A model generated the notes under the pieces. It had not been told where the DNA came from and ran no database searches. It was given only the letters and a program-made list of their open reading frames with translations. The position numbers and the translations under genes are program-made. This document shows, piece by piece, positions 36,494-46,383 of a DNA stretch of 64,000 nucleotides; position 1 is the stretch's first letter, and each line of letters opens with the position of its first letter. This DNA is from Oligoflexales bacterium (GTDB taxonomy: Bacteria > Bdellovibrionota_B > Oligoflexia > Oligoflexales > JALZUQ01): contig JALZUQ010000012.1 in the NCBI GenBank assembly GCA_023301465.1, positions 11,744 to 75,743 on the forward strand, given 5' to 3'.

Positions 36494-36858
36494 TTCACAC
36501 ATCTCAAGATTTTAAGTTTTATTGCTGGATTGAAGGTTATGGATCTTATGTTTTTTGAAAATCTTCTCTTGCGACTGCAAATTATATGAGTGTTTGTTTA
36601 ATCGGGTCCATGGGTTGGTTAGCTTTCAAGTAGATAATTGATTTTTGATATTACCTTATGGATGATAAAGTGTTCATGATAAAACCATCATAAAAATTTA
36701 TCTGTAAAATTAGAGTTTTAAGGGTTTGATTAGGCCTCTGATGTGTTATTAATAATTCAAATACTCCCCATAACACTTAATCATTTTATTCATGACAAAA
36801 GATGTTCTAAATTATGTTTCAGGAAAACAGTGTCTTTTAACTCTCAGGGGAGATCATC

Positions 36859-37578
36859 ATGAAAATTTTATTAGGATTATTATTATCAGCAACTTTAGTA
36901 TCTTGTGGAGCAGAGTCAAACTCTACTTTAAGCTCACAACAACCATCTGTTAAAACGAATAGGATATTGCCAGCAGGGCATTATATTATTTCATTTGAAC
37001 AGTTGAGCACGTGTGTTTCTGGAGCACAGTCATTAACTGAGTTCAATGTAAACCAAGGGTTTATCAAAGGAAAACGTTTTTCAGTAGAAGGGCCAATTGT
37101 TTCAAGAGGCATGATGCAAACAGCGGTTTGTCGTGTTGGTGTAAATACTGCTACAGCAAATGTTGAAATTGCTACAACAACTTCTATAACAGGACCAAAA
37201 GGTTGGAGTATTTCTAGTATTGAAAAGGTGGAATCCATTCAAATGCCAAAAACCTTGAAGCCTTTTGCATCGGCTACTTTGCAAGCTGGTACTTATATTT
37301 TTGAAAACCAAAGATATGAAAACTGTACTGCAGGTGATTATAACTTTAGCTATGAATTAGATTATGAAGTGATGGCTGGAAGTTTTCTTTTGAAAACCCT
37401 TTCTCTAAAAAACACATCTCCAGTAGGATCAGACATAAATAGACCAGCAGTATGTATTAGAGGAAATGGTTATTCTTCAGGTGTTGTGACTTTCGGAAAC
37501 CCAATTACTGTAAATGGTGTTGGTGGTGTTCGTTTCTTTTATAAAAAAGTAATTAAAACTTCTAAAATTTCAATTTAA
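36859..37578 (+). CDS. Lipoprotein of unknown function with two-fold internal repeat
   Basis: Lipobox LLSATLVSCG behind GGGGAG. The halves share LPAGHYII..C..G/LQAGTYIF..C..G and TAVCRVG/PAVCIRG. Confidence 0.6.
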   Translation: MKILLGLLLSATLVSCGAESNSTLSSQQPSVKTNRILPAGHYIISFEQLSTCVSGAQSLTEFNVNQGFIKGKRFSVEGPIVSRGMMQTAVCRVGVNTATANVEIATTTSITGPKGWSISSIEKVESIQMPKTLKPFASATLQAGTYIFENQRYENCTAGDYNFSYELDYEVMAGSFLLKTLSLKNTSPVGSDINRPAVCIRGNGYSSGVVTFGNPITVNGVGGVRFFYKKVIKTSKISI

Positions 37579-37600
37579 GTTAAGTCTTTTATCTAAAATC

Positions 37601-37638
37601 AAAAGCCCCTTACTTCATCAGATGTAGAGGGCTTTTTT
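37601..37638 (+). terminator. Rho-independent terminator
   Basis: AAAAGCCCCTTAC-(10 nt loop)-GTAGAGGGCTTTT forms a 13-position stem with one mismatch and one G-U. A T6 run follows. Lies 23 nt after the stop. Confidence 0.65.
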
Positions 37639-37767
37639 GATATTGAAGATCCTTGAATGAGGTGAGAGTCACTAGGTATCCAGTATAAAACACACTGATA
37701 TGAGAAAAAATTAGACAGTTCTTAATGAAAAACCCTCATGAACACGGGTGCATAGGATCCTCTAAAA

Positions 37768-40137
37768 GTGTATGCTTCCGAAATGAAGAATTTATCATCT
37801 AAAGACATTATCAATGATTATTTGTTAGCGGTCCGAAGCCGGCACGCGAGTTTAATTGGCCGTAAAGAAGTTTTGTCTGGAAAGGCAAAGTTTGGCATTT
37901 TTGGCGACGGTAAAGAAGTCGCACAGATTGCAATGGCAAAAGCCTTTAAAGCAGGTGATTGGCGTTCAGGTTATTACCGTGATCAAACTTTTATGTTTGC
38001 AATAGGACAGTCTAACATCCAACAATTCTTTGCTCAGCTTTATGCGGATTGTGACATTGATCGTGAACCTGCATCGAAGGGCAGGCAAATGAATAGCCAT
38101 TTTGCCACGCGGTATTTTGACGATAAAGATGGCTGGAAGAATCAACTTGAGCATGGTCAAAGTTCTTCAGATATCTCTCCAACGGCTGGTCAGATGGTTC
38201 GTTCTCTTGGTTTAGCTTATGCTTCCAAGTTATACCGAAATGTTAAAGGTCTTGAGTCTGCTGATAAATTTTCAAACAAGGGCGGTGAAGTATCCTTTGT
38301 GACAATCGGTAATGCTTCAACCAGTGAAGGATTGTTTTGGGAAACATTAAATGCTGCAGGTGTACTTCAAGTTCCTTTAGTGGTCTCCGTATGGGATGAT
38401 GGCTATGGAATTTCAGTCCCTAATAAATACCAAACCACAAAAGAATCTATTTCTGAAATTTTAGCTGGTTTTCATCCATCTGATGATAAACCGGGGGTCG
38501 AAATCATCAAAGTTGATGGTGGAAATTACGATGAACTTACAAAAGTTTATGAAAGAGTTTCAGACTTAGCACGTAAAGAGCACAGGCCGTTTTTAATTCA
38601 TGTCGTAAATCTCACTCAGCCTCAAGGTCACTCTACTAGCGGTTCTCATGAACGCTACAAATCTAAAGATAGATTAGAATTTGAAGAAACGGGCGATTGT
38701 TTGATTCAAATGCGTCGCTGGATTCTAAAATCAGAATTAGCGACAGCTAGTGAATTAGATGACTTAGAAGCAACTGTTGCGAAAGAGGTTCAAAATTCTA
38801 AGAAACTAGCTTGGGATGAGTTTCAAAAGGGTATTCAAAGTTTTTATAACAATGCAAAAGAATCTCTAAGAGAAGATGAGTCTTCAGCTGCAGGTGCACA
38901 ATTAATCGCATCTCTTCGCCCACGTGTTTTCACAAGAAAAGATTTGTTTTCAAAGCTTCGCCGGTATCGTTACCGTCATGGTGGTTCTCAAAAATTTCAA
39001 GAATGGTTAGCGAATGCTCTAGAAGAATCACAAAACGACTACAGTGAGTACTTACATGTTAGTCACCCTTATTCCATTGAAAATGTGAAGCATGTGGCAA
39101 TGGAAATGTCAGAAAACCCGGAGAAGGTTCATGGGCGTGTTGTTCTTCAACGTTACTTTGATGGACTTTTTTCAAAAGACCCTCGTGTTTTTGCAATTGG
39201 AGAAGACATTGGTCAACTCGGTGGCGTAAACCTAGTTTATGAAGACCTCCAAGCAAAGCATGGTGAGCTACGCATTACTGATACCGGTATTCGAGAAGCT
39301 ACTATTCTAGGTCAAGGGATAGGAGCTGCAATGCGTGGTTTACGTCCTATAGTTGATATCCAGTACCTTGATTACTTGCTGTATTGTTTGCAGGGAATGT
39401 CAGATGATCTTGCTTCCCTTCACTATAGAAGTGCTGGCGGTCAAGTCGCACCAGTCATTGTCAGAACTAAAGGTCATAGACTTGAAGGTATCTGGCACTC
39501 TGGATCACCTATGGGAATGATCATCAACGCTATACGTGGAATTCATGTTTGTGTCCCTAGAGACATGACAAGAGCCGCAGGTATGTATCAAACTTTATTT
39601 CAGGCCAATGAACCAGCCTTAGTCGTTGAGGTTCTTAATGCCTACAGGCTAGAAGAGTCTGTTCCAGATAACTTAGGTGAATACTCCATAGAGCTAGGAG
39701 TTCCAGAAGTTCTCGTTGAAGGCACGGACGTGACCATTGTGACTTATGGGGCATGTATCCAAGTAGCAAAAGCTGCTTGCGAAGAGCTAAACAATCTTGG
39801 AGTATCTGTTGAATTAATCGACGTGCAAACATTACTACCATTTGATCGATATGGAATGATTTCGCAATCCATTGAAAAAACAAATTTAGTGATGTTCTTG
39901 GATGAAGATGTCCCCGGTGGTGCAACTGCGTTTATGATGCAACAAGTATTAGACCGTGATAATGGTTACCGTTATCTTGATGGGCCACCAAGGTGTTTGA
40001 GTGCAAAACCTCACCGCCCTGCTTATGGAAGTGATGGAGACTATTTTTCTAAGCCAAGTATCGAAGACATTGTAGAAAATACTTTAGGCATGATTCATGA
40101 GCGTGAACCGATTCGTGATTTTTTAAATCACTCTTAA
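37768..40137 (+). CDS. Fused alpha/beta E1 component of a 2-oxoacid (branched-chain type) dehydrogenase
   Basis: TPP-binding alpha part (GNASTSEG...WDDGYGISV) followed by a transketolase-like beta part (ITDTGIREATILGQGIGAAMRGLRPI). Start is GTG 37768 or ATG 37783. Confidence 0.85.
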   Translation: MYASEMKNLSSKDIINDYLLAVRSRHASLIGRKEVLSGKAKFGIFGDGKEVAQIAMAKAFKAGDWRSGYYRDQTFMFAIGQSNIQQFFAQLYADCDIDREPASKGRQMNSHFATRYFDDKDGWKNQLEHGQSSSDISPTAGQMVRSLGLAYASKLYRNVKGLESADKFSNKGGEVSFVTIGNASTSEGLFWETLNAAGVLQVPLVVSVWDDGYGISVPNKYQTTKESISEILAGFHPSDDKPGVEIIKVDGGNYDELTKVYERVSDLARKEHRPFLIHVVNLTQPQGHSTSGSHERYKSKDRLEFEETGDCLIQMRRWILKSELATASELDDLEATVAKEVQNSKKLAWDEFQKGIQSFYNNAKESLREDESSAAGAQLIASLRPRVFTRKDLFSKLRRYRYRHGGSQKFQEWLANALEESQNDYSEYLHVSHPYSIENVKHVAMEMSENPEKVHGRVVLQRYFDGLFSKDPRVFAIGEDIGQLGGVNLVYEDLQAKHGELRITDTGIREATILGQGIGAAMRGLRPIVDIQYLDYLLYCLQGMSDDLASLHYRSAGGQVAPVIVRTKGHRLEGIWHSGSPMGMIINAIRGIHVCVPRDMTRAAGMYQTLFQANEPALVVEVLNAYRLEESVPDNLGEYSIELGVPEVLVEGTDVTIVTYGACIQVAKAACEELNNLGVSVELIDVQTLLPFDRYGMISQSIEKTNLVMFLDEDVPGGATAFMMQQVLDRDNGYRYLDGPPRCLSAKPHRPAYGSDGDYFSKPSIEDIVENTLGMIHEREPIRDFLNHS

Positions 40138-40230
40138 TTATCCTTCTGAATTTTATGCGTTGCAATCATATTGATGGGTGATTAAAGTTCTTTTCTTATA
40201 AATGCATGGTCTACAAAGATCAGTTCTTAT

Positions 40231-41205
40231 TTATATTTGAGAAAGAAAAGAATAAGCCCGTTGTTCAGACCAATAACTACCATCCTTGCTCCTTGAACAA
40301 AATGCAACATGCCCGCCTGTTTTTGGTGTTTCTAACGTCAAAAAAGAGTTTTTAGATGCAATAGGGTGGGGGTAACAGGTTTCACCAAGAAAAGGATCGT
40401 TTAATGCATTCACAATAAGAGTAGGGGTCTTGATTTGTGGTAGGAAATTTAGAGAACTTGATTTGTGGTAATAGTCATCACCATCTATGAAATTGTGCAT
40501 AGGAGCCGTAAAGTAATTATCAAAATCAACGATTGTTTTTATTTTTTTTAAATTGTTAATGTCAATATTTTCTTTAATGAACAGTTCCTTCTTTAAAAGC
40601 ATTTTTTGTTTCAAAGTTACTAAAAACCGATTTCCATAAACTTTTGAAAACCCTTTTGACAACTGAGCAGATGCAGATTTTAAGTCAACAGGAGCAGAAA
40701 AAGCACAGGCTCCTTTAATCTCTTTTGGGGTTGCATCAGAATTTTCGCCTAAATACTTTAGAGTGATATTTCCACCCATACTAAAACCAATTAAATATAT
40801 TTGATCATATTTTTTCATTGCATGTTGAATGACTAACTCTAAATCTGAACTCATTCCAGAGTGATAAGGTTGTAGTTTTAAGTTGTCTTCACCGCTGCAC
40901 CCACGGCAATTCCAAGCAAGAGCGTCAAAGTTTCTACCGCTAAAATAATTTATCATTCCTTGGATATATTTAGATTGAGATGAGCCTTCTAAACCGTGAC
41001 TGAGAATAAGGAGTTTTTTGTGGTCTTTAGATACCCAGTCTAAATCCAAAAAATCTCCGTCGGGGGTTGAGATACGCTCCCTTGTATAGGAGCAAGGTGG
41101 AACTTTTCTAAATAGTGAAGCGTAGATAGTGCTAAAATGACCATTCCCTAACCCATAAGGGTGTTGGTAGGTTTTTAATAAGTCTTTGCCAACACTATCA
41201 TTAAT
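40231..41205 (-). CDS. YheT-like alpha/beta hydrolase (start codon unresolved)
   Basis: GFSMGG nucleophile elbow and LSHGLEGSS. The conserved N-terminus GNGHFSTIYASLFRK...TPDGDFLDLDW is in frame upstream of the ORF-track TTG (41049). No ATG/GTG/TTG occurs back to the in-frame stop at 41227-41229. Confidence 0.65.
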   Translation of the reverse strand: MNDSVGKDLLKTYQHPYGLGNGHFSTIYASLFRKVPPCSYTRERISTPDGDFLDLDWVSKDHKKLLILSHGLEGSSQSKYIQGMINYFSGRNFDALAWNCRGCSGEDNLKLQPYHSGMSSDLELVIQHAMKKYDQIYLIGFSMGGNITLKYLGENSDATPKEIKGACAFSAPVDLKSASAQLSKGFSKVYGNRFLVTLKQKMLLKKELFIKENIDINNLKKIKTIVDFDNYFTAPMHNFIDGDDYYHKSSSLNFLPQIKTPTLIVNALNDPFLGETCYPHPIASKNSFLTLETPKTGGHVAFCSRSKDGSYWSEQRAYSFLSQI

Positions 41206-42359
41206 TACGAAAGTCCCCGTAATACATCAGCTTTATCTGTAGCTTCCCATGGAAAACTCTCACGACCAAAATGCCCATATGAAGCAGTTTGTCTGTAGAT
41301 TGGTCTTTGCAAATCAAAAAAATTGATGATTTCTGCAGGTTTTGTTGGAAATAGCTCTTTGACAATGTTGACAAGTTTTCCCTCAGATATTTTTCCAGTG
41401 CCATAAGTATCAACAAAGACACCCATAGGCTCCGCAACTCCAATTGCATAAGCTAGTTGTACGAGTGCTTTACTTGCTAGCCCACTTGCAACAAGGTTTT
41501 TTGCAATATAACGCGAAGCATAAGCCGCAGAACGATCTACTTTTGTGGGGTCTTTTCCAGAAAATGCACCACCGCCGTGGGCACCGTGTCCGCCGTAAGT
41601 ATCTACAATAATCTTTCTTCCTGTAAGCCCGCAATCTCCTTGAGGGCCACCTACAACAAATCGACCAGTTGGGTTGATAAAAAACTTTGTGTTGCTGTCC
41701 ATCAGCTCACTAGGAATCACATCTTTGATAATCGACTCTCTGATAAACTCCTCGACGTTCTCTCTCGATACATCAGGAGCATGTTGAGTAGATAGTACAA
41801 TTGCATCAACTCTTGTAAGTTTTCCGTCTTTGTATTCTGCTGTTACCTGAGACTTAGAGTCTGGTCTAATCCATGACTTTGGATCGCTACGTCTTGCGTC
41901 AGCTAGTTTTTTTAAGAGTTTGTGAGAGTAAGCGATGGTTGCAGGCATAAACTCAGGAGTTTCATCACAAGCATAACCAAACATCATGCCTTGGTCGCCA
42001 GCTCCCATTTCTTTGTGGAGGCCTTCTCCGGCACTGACACCTTGGCTAATGTCAGGAGACTGAGTGTCTATCTTTACTTTGACTTCACAGCTATTGCCGT
42101 CAATTCCAAAGCTTGAATCTGTATAACCAATATCAACAATGGTATCTCTAACGATTTGTTCATAAGGAATTTTTGCATTGGTAGAAATTTCTCCAGCAAC
42201 GCAAACAAAATTTGTGGTTGCAAGTGTCTCACAAGCAACGCGGCTGGTTGGGTCTTCTGCAAGAATACGGTCAAGAATATGGTCACTTACTTGGTCACAT
42301 AGTTTGTCCGGGTGGCCTTCACTCACTGACTCTGATGTAAATAAATAATCTTGGACCAT
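41205..42359 (-). CDS. metK: S-adenosylmethionine synthetase
   Basis: [44 protein letters not shown]. Confidence 0.97.
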   Translation of the reverse strand: MVQDYLFTSESVSEGHPDKLCDQVSDHILDRILAEDPTSRVACETLATTNFVCVAGEISTNAKIPYEQIVRDTIVDIGYTDSSFGIDGNSCEVKVKIDTQSPDISQGVSAGEGLHKEMGAGDQGMMFGYACDETPEFMPATIAYSHKLLKKLADARRSDPKSWIRPDSKSQVTAEYKDGKLTRVDAIVLSTQHAPDVSRENVEEFIRESIIKDVIPSELMDSNTKFFINPTGRFVVGGPQGDCGLTGRKIIVDTYGGHGAHGGGAFSGKDPTKVDRSAAYASRYIAKNLVASGLASKALVQLAYAIGVAEPMGVFVDTYGTGKISEGKLVNIVKELFPTKPAEIINFFDLQRPIYRQTASYGHFGRESFPWEATDKADVLRGLS

Positions 42360-42360
42360 C

Positions 42361-43329
42361 TTATAGACCTCTTGTTAGTTTTATTTCTAAGTTATTCTCA
42401 CCGCGTACGATAGAAGCGATTCCTAACGCTTTCTCATCATCTCTTAGTACTACATAGGTCGCTTGATTTAAAGGGTTTTTTGCTATATCTGATTTATCTA
42501 AAGGCAAGAGTACTCTTTGACCATGCATGATTTTGGCTTTTTTTTCAGGGTTTTGAATCAAAAAAAGTGGAAGCGACTTAATTTGATGAATAGGGGTCAC
42601 GAGTTCTTCAGCGAGTGTCTCTTTAGATATGAGCCTGTCAAAAGGGATGCAGTCACCAAGACTTATACCTCCACACTGAGTGCGAGCAATTCGACTAGCA
42701 AAGCCTCTCGTGCCAAGTCTCAGTGCAATATCTCTTGCGAGAGAACGAACGTAAGTGCCTTTTGAACACTGAACTCCCAATGTGATTTTATTTTGCGTAA
42801 AAGTAACGAGGTCAATTTTAGAGATTTGAACTTCTCTTCTAAGGACTTCGTCTGGGATTTCATCTTCTCTACCACTGCGTGCGTAGTCGTAAAGAGGTTT
42901 TCCTTGAAACTTGATGGCAGAGTAAATAGGAGCTAGCTGTTCTGTTAGCCCTAAAAACTGACAGATACACTGTTGGATTTTATCTAGTGACATCTCAGGA
43001 ATAGGGGCTGTAAAAACTACATCACCTTCAGCATCTAATGTTGTGGTTTGTGAACCAAGCTCAATATCAAACTCATAAAACTTTTCATCATCATGAAGTA
43101 GGTTATTAAGCCTTGTTGCCGAACCTGCAAGTATCACAAGAATACCTTCTGCAAGAGGATCAAGAGTTCCTAAATGCCCTATTTTTTTTTGGTTGAGCTT
43201 TTTTTTAGAAGCACGCACGACATCATAAGAGCTGATGCCGCGTGGTTTGATGATGGGAATAATCCCATTAAACTCGGATGACTTCACCGAGTAACTTCTC
43301 AATTCTTGAACCGACTTCGATACTAACAT
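42361..43329 (-). CDS. truB: tRNA pseudouridine-55 synthase
   Basis: [17 protein letters not shown] and [17 protein letters not shown] (catalytic Asp). An alternative GTG start at 43287 reduces the overlap with rbfA. Confidence 0.9.
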   Translation of the reverse strand: MLVSKSVQELRSYSVKSSEFNGIIPIIKPRGISSYDVVRASKKKLNQKKIGHLGTLDPLAEGILVILAGSATRLNNLLHDDEKFYEFDIELGSQTTTLDAEGDVVFTAPIPEMSLDKIQQCICQFLGLTEQLAPIYSAIKFQGKPLYDYARSGREDEIPDEVLRREVQISKIDLVTFTQNKITLGVQCSKGTYVRSLARDIALRLGTRGFASRIARTQCGGISLGDCIPFDRLISKETLAEELVTPIHQIKSLPLFLIQNPEKKAKIMHGQRVLLPLDKSDIAKNPLNQATYVVLRDDEKALGIASIVRGENNLEIKLTRGL

Positions 43330-43606
43330 CGTAACGAAAACGAAGGTCTGGAATACGTCTGCTGTGAGTCGTGGTAGCGATCTTACGCTTGAGGTAGCCT
43401 GTGATTTTCTCTAGGGCTATTTCTACTTCTTCTAGTGGTGTGTCTGAATAGTTGCGAAAGTAAACCGTTGCAAGACGCAGGTCAGCGGTGATTTTGACAG
43501 CAGTGATTGCGATATTTTGCAACCGAGGGTCGTTGATGCGACCCCCAGAGAACTGTATGGAAACCACATCTTTGATCTGGTCTGAAACTTTACTTAACCT
43601 GCTCAT
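43268..43606 (-). CDS. rbfA: Ribosome-binding factor A
   Basis: Size, position between infB and truB, and DPRL...ITAVKITADLRLATVYF pattern. Confidence 0.9.
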   Translation of the reverse strand: MSRLSKVSDQIKDVVSIQFSGGRINDPRLQNIAITAVKITADLRLATVYFRNYSDTPLEEVEIALEKITGYLKRKIATTTHSRRIPDLRFRYDVSIEVGSRIEKLLGEVIRV

Positions 43607-46314
43607 AAAGTGGGTCTTTCTTCTTCAATTTTAAATGCTTCGATGGTGTCTCCAATGCGAATATCATTGTAGCCTTCAATACCGATACCACATTCATATC
43701 CAGAGGCGACTTCTTTGACATCGTCTTTGAAGCGGCGTAACGATCCAACTTTTCCTTCATAAATCACAACGCTATCTCTAATGAGTCGCAAATGAGAGTT
43801 ACGGAAGACTTTACCGTCGGTAATGGCACAACCACCAATATTTCCAATTTTTGGAACACTAATAAGTTGTCTGATATCTGCACGTCCTTGAAATACCTCT
43901 TTGAGGATTGCAGGAAGTTTTCCAGCCATCATGTCTTTCACGGAGTCAACAAGCTCGTAAATAATTGAGAAGTAACTGATTGGCACTTTTGCTTTTTCAG
44001 CAATCATATCAAGTCCACGAGGAGCTCTTACATTAAAAGCGATAATCACTGCACTTGATGTCTGTGCTAGAGAGATATCAGATTCGGTAATGCCGCCTGT
44101 TGCTTTGTGTAGGATTTTGCTTGTGACTTGTTCGTTGTTGAGTTTCAAAATAGATTCACAAACAGCTTCTAGAGAACCTTGAGTATCTGCTTTGACAATC
44201 AATGCAAGTTCAGGCCTGTCAGCTTCTTGTGCTTTTGCAAGTAACTGCTCAAGTGTTTGTGCTTCTGTAGGCTCATCATCTACATGTAGCCTCTTTTGAC
44301 GACGCCAGCTAATAATTTCTTTAGCTTTTTTCTCATCTGCAACAACATGGAAAGTATCTCCAGCACTTGGTACAGAATCAAATCCGATAATTTCTACAGG
44401 TTCACTTGGGGTGGCTGTTTTTGCTTTTTGTCCTTTGTAATCCGATAAGAGTCTGACACGACCAGAAACTTCACCAGAAACAAAAGTATCACCTGTTTTT
44501 AGAGTACCAGCAGTCACAATCACAGAAGCAATTGGTCCGCGTTTTTTATCGAGGTGAGCTTCAACAACAACACCTGTTGCATTGTGGTCATTGGTTGATT
44601 TAAATTCAGAAACCTCGGCAAGTAGGTTGATAGACTCTAAAAGTTCATCAATACCAGTTCCGTTAATGGCAGAAACTTTGACAAATTGAGTTTCTCCACC
44701 CCATTCTTCAGATTGGATGCCGTGCTCAGTCAGCTGAGTATAAAGGCGGTCTAATTTCTTTTCTGGTTTATCAATTTTATTCACTGCAACAATAATAGGA
44801 ACGCCAGCTGCTTTTGCATGTGAGATTGCTTCAACCGTTTGAGGCATCACACCATCATCGGCGGCAACAACAAGAATAACAATATCCGTCACACTTGCTC
44901 CACGTGCTCTCATGGCTGAGAATGCTTCGTGACCCGGTGTGTCTAAGAATGTTGTGCGTTGGCCGTTACGGTCAACCGTGTATGCACCAATATGTTGAGT
45001 GATACCACCAGCTTCACCGGCTGCAATATCAGTTTTTCGGATAGCATCAAGAATTGAAGTTTTACCATGATCAACGTGACCCATCACTGTAACAACAGGT
45101 GGGCGTCTTAATTGTTCGTGGCTACTGAAATCTGTGACAATAATATCATCGAGTTTCTTCTCAACACTTTTAACAGTGTAATTGTAATCTTCAACAATCA
45201 ACTGAACCGTATCAAAGTCTAGTTTATCGTTAATTGTTAGCATTTCACCTTGAGCCATAAGCTTTTTGATGAGTTCGTTTGACTTCACGCTGAGTTGTTT
45301 GGCAAGGTCTCCGACTTTTATCGTCTTTTGCATTTCTACCACTCGGTACTCATCTCTTGGTGTGGTGATTTCTGTTTTCTTAAGGTCTTTACGACGTTTT
45401 AAGTCACGTTTTCGGTTCATGCTTGCAGATGGAGTGAATGTTCTTCTGCGAGATTGCTGTTTTGTGCGATCTAGAAGTTCATCTGGAGTCGATACCGAAG
45501 CAATTTCTCTAAGGAGCATTCTTGCATTCATGTTAGAACGTTTTTGCTTTGCGATATTATTCAAACGACGTACGCGTTCTTCTTCTTCCTCTTTCGCAGT
45601 CTTCTTCGGTGCAAATCCACCAGCTTTTCTAGGGTCAGCATTGCTAGAAGGTGGGTAATTACCCGACCCACCAGAGTTGCTTGGTCCTCTTGTGCTGTAA
45701 GCTTCATTTCCGCCACCACGTTTTGCAGCGTTTTCAGTTTGTTGTCGGAGAGCTCGGCTTGCTTCTTCTGGGCTAGCTTTTCGAACAATAGTTGCTGAGC
45801 TTTTTACGCGTGGTTTAGCAGTTTTTGCTAACTTAGCGGCTCTTGCAGACATGGTTGGAGTACTTGGAGCTTTTTTTGTTGATGGTTGTTCAGTAGCATT
45901 GAGTTGAACATCTTTTACTTCATCAGGCTCACTACTAGGGGTGGCGACGGCAAGTGCTTCTACTATTGGAGCTTCTTGAGTCAAGTCTGTGGCTGTTTCA
46001 GCTTCAACGGCAATTGATGGTTCAGTAGGTTCGGGTGCTTGTTCTGCTTGAACAGGTTCGGCAGAAAGCTCTTCAGGAGCCACCTCTGGTTCGGGCTCAA
46101 CCTTTTTGCGTCTTCTGATAACAACGCGTTTCTTTGGTTTAGCAATATCGACTTGTTCACCAGCTATTAGCTTTCTGATGTCATCTACTTGGCCGGGTGT
46201 CAGTGTGCTTTGATGGCTATTGATTTCAATGCCTGCATTCTTAATCCTAGCAACAAGTTGCTTGCTTTCTATGTTTAGTTCTCGGGCCAGTTCGTAAACT
46301 CTAGTTTTGGCCAT
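43603..46314 (-). CDS. infB: Translation initiation factor IF-2
   Basis: MAKTRVYELAREL N-terminus. G domain VTVMGHVDHGKTS, DTPGHEAF, NKID. ATG 46314 lies 6 nt after GGAG. Confidence 0.97.
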   Translation of the reverse strand: MAKTRVYELARELNIESKQLVARIKNAGIEINSHQSTLTPGQVDDIRKLIAGEQVDIAKPKKRVVIRRRKKVEPEPEVAPEELSAEPVQAEQAPEPTEPSIAVEAETATDLTQEAPIVEALAVATPSSEPDEVKDVQLNATEQPSTKKAPSTPTMSARAAKLAKTAKPRVKSSATIVRKASPEEASRALRQQTENAAKRGGGNEAYSTRGPSNSGGSGNYPPSSNADPRKAGGFAPKKTAKEEEEERVRRLNNIAKQKRSNMNARMLLREIASVSTPDELLDRTKQQSRRRTFTPSASMNRKRDLKRRKDLKKTEITTPRDEYRVVEMQKTIKVGDLAKQLSVKSNELIKKLMAQGEMLTINDKLDFDTVQLIVEDYNYTVKSVEKKLDDIIVTDFSSHEQLRRPPVVTVMGHVDHGKTSILDAIRKTDIAAGEAGGITQHIGAYTVDRNGQRTTFLDTPGHEAFSAMRARGASVTDIVILVVAADDGVMPQTVEAISHAKAAGVPIIVAVNKIDKPEKKLDRLYTQLTEHGIQSEEWGGETQFVKVSAINGTGIDELLESINLLAEVSEFKSTNDHNATGVVVEAHLDKKRGPIASVIVTAGTLKTGDTFVSGEVSGRVRLLSDYKGQKAKTATPSEPVEIIGFDSVPSAGDTFHVVADEKKAKEIISWRRQKRLHVDDEPTEAQTLEQLLAKAQEADRPELALIVKADTQGSLEAVCESILKLNNEQVTSKILHKATGGITESDISLAQTSSAVIIAFNVRAPRGLDMIAEKAKVPISYFSIIYELVDSVKDMMAGKLPAILKEVFQGRADIRQLISVPKIGNIGGCAITDGKVFRNSHLRLIRDSVVIYEGKVGSLRRFKDDVKEVASGYECGIGIEGYNDIRIGDTIEAFKIEEERPTL

Positions 46315-46383
46315 AATCAACTCCGATACTTGTGTTCAATACTTACATGTCTTCTATAGTTCTTGAATTCATCCTGCTTCTTA

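Noticed and set aside
41201-41449. 82-aa minus-strand ORF overlapping the 3' end of metK
   Set aside because: It is an alternative frame of a highly conserved metK segment with no independent support.
45266-45798. ORFs of 75-130 aa overlapping infB, on the + strand and in alternative minus-strand frames
   Set aside because: These are shadow ORFs within the low-complexity N-terminal region of IF-2. The same applies to the + strand ORFs inside nusA (46598-47736), ligA, the carboxylase genes and the SulP gene.
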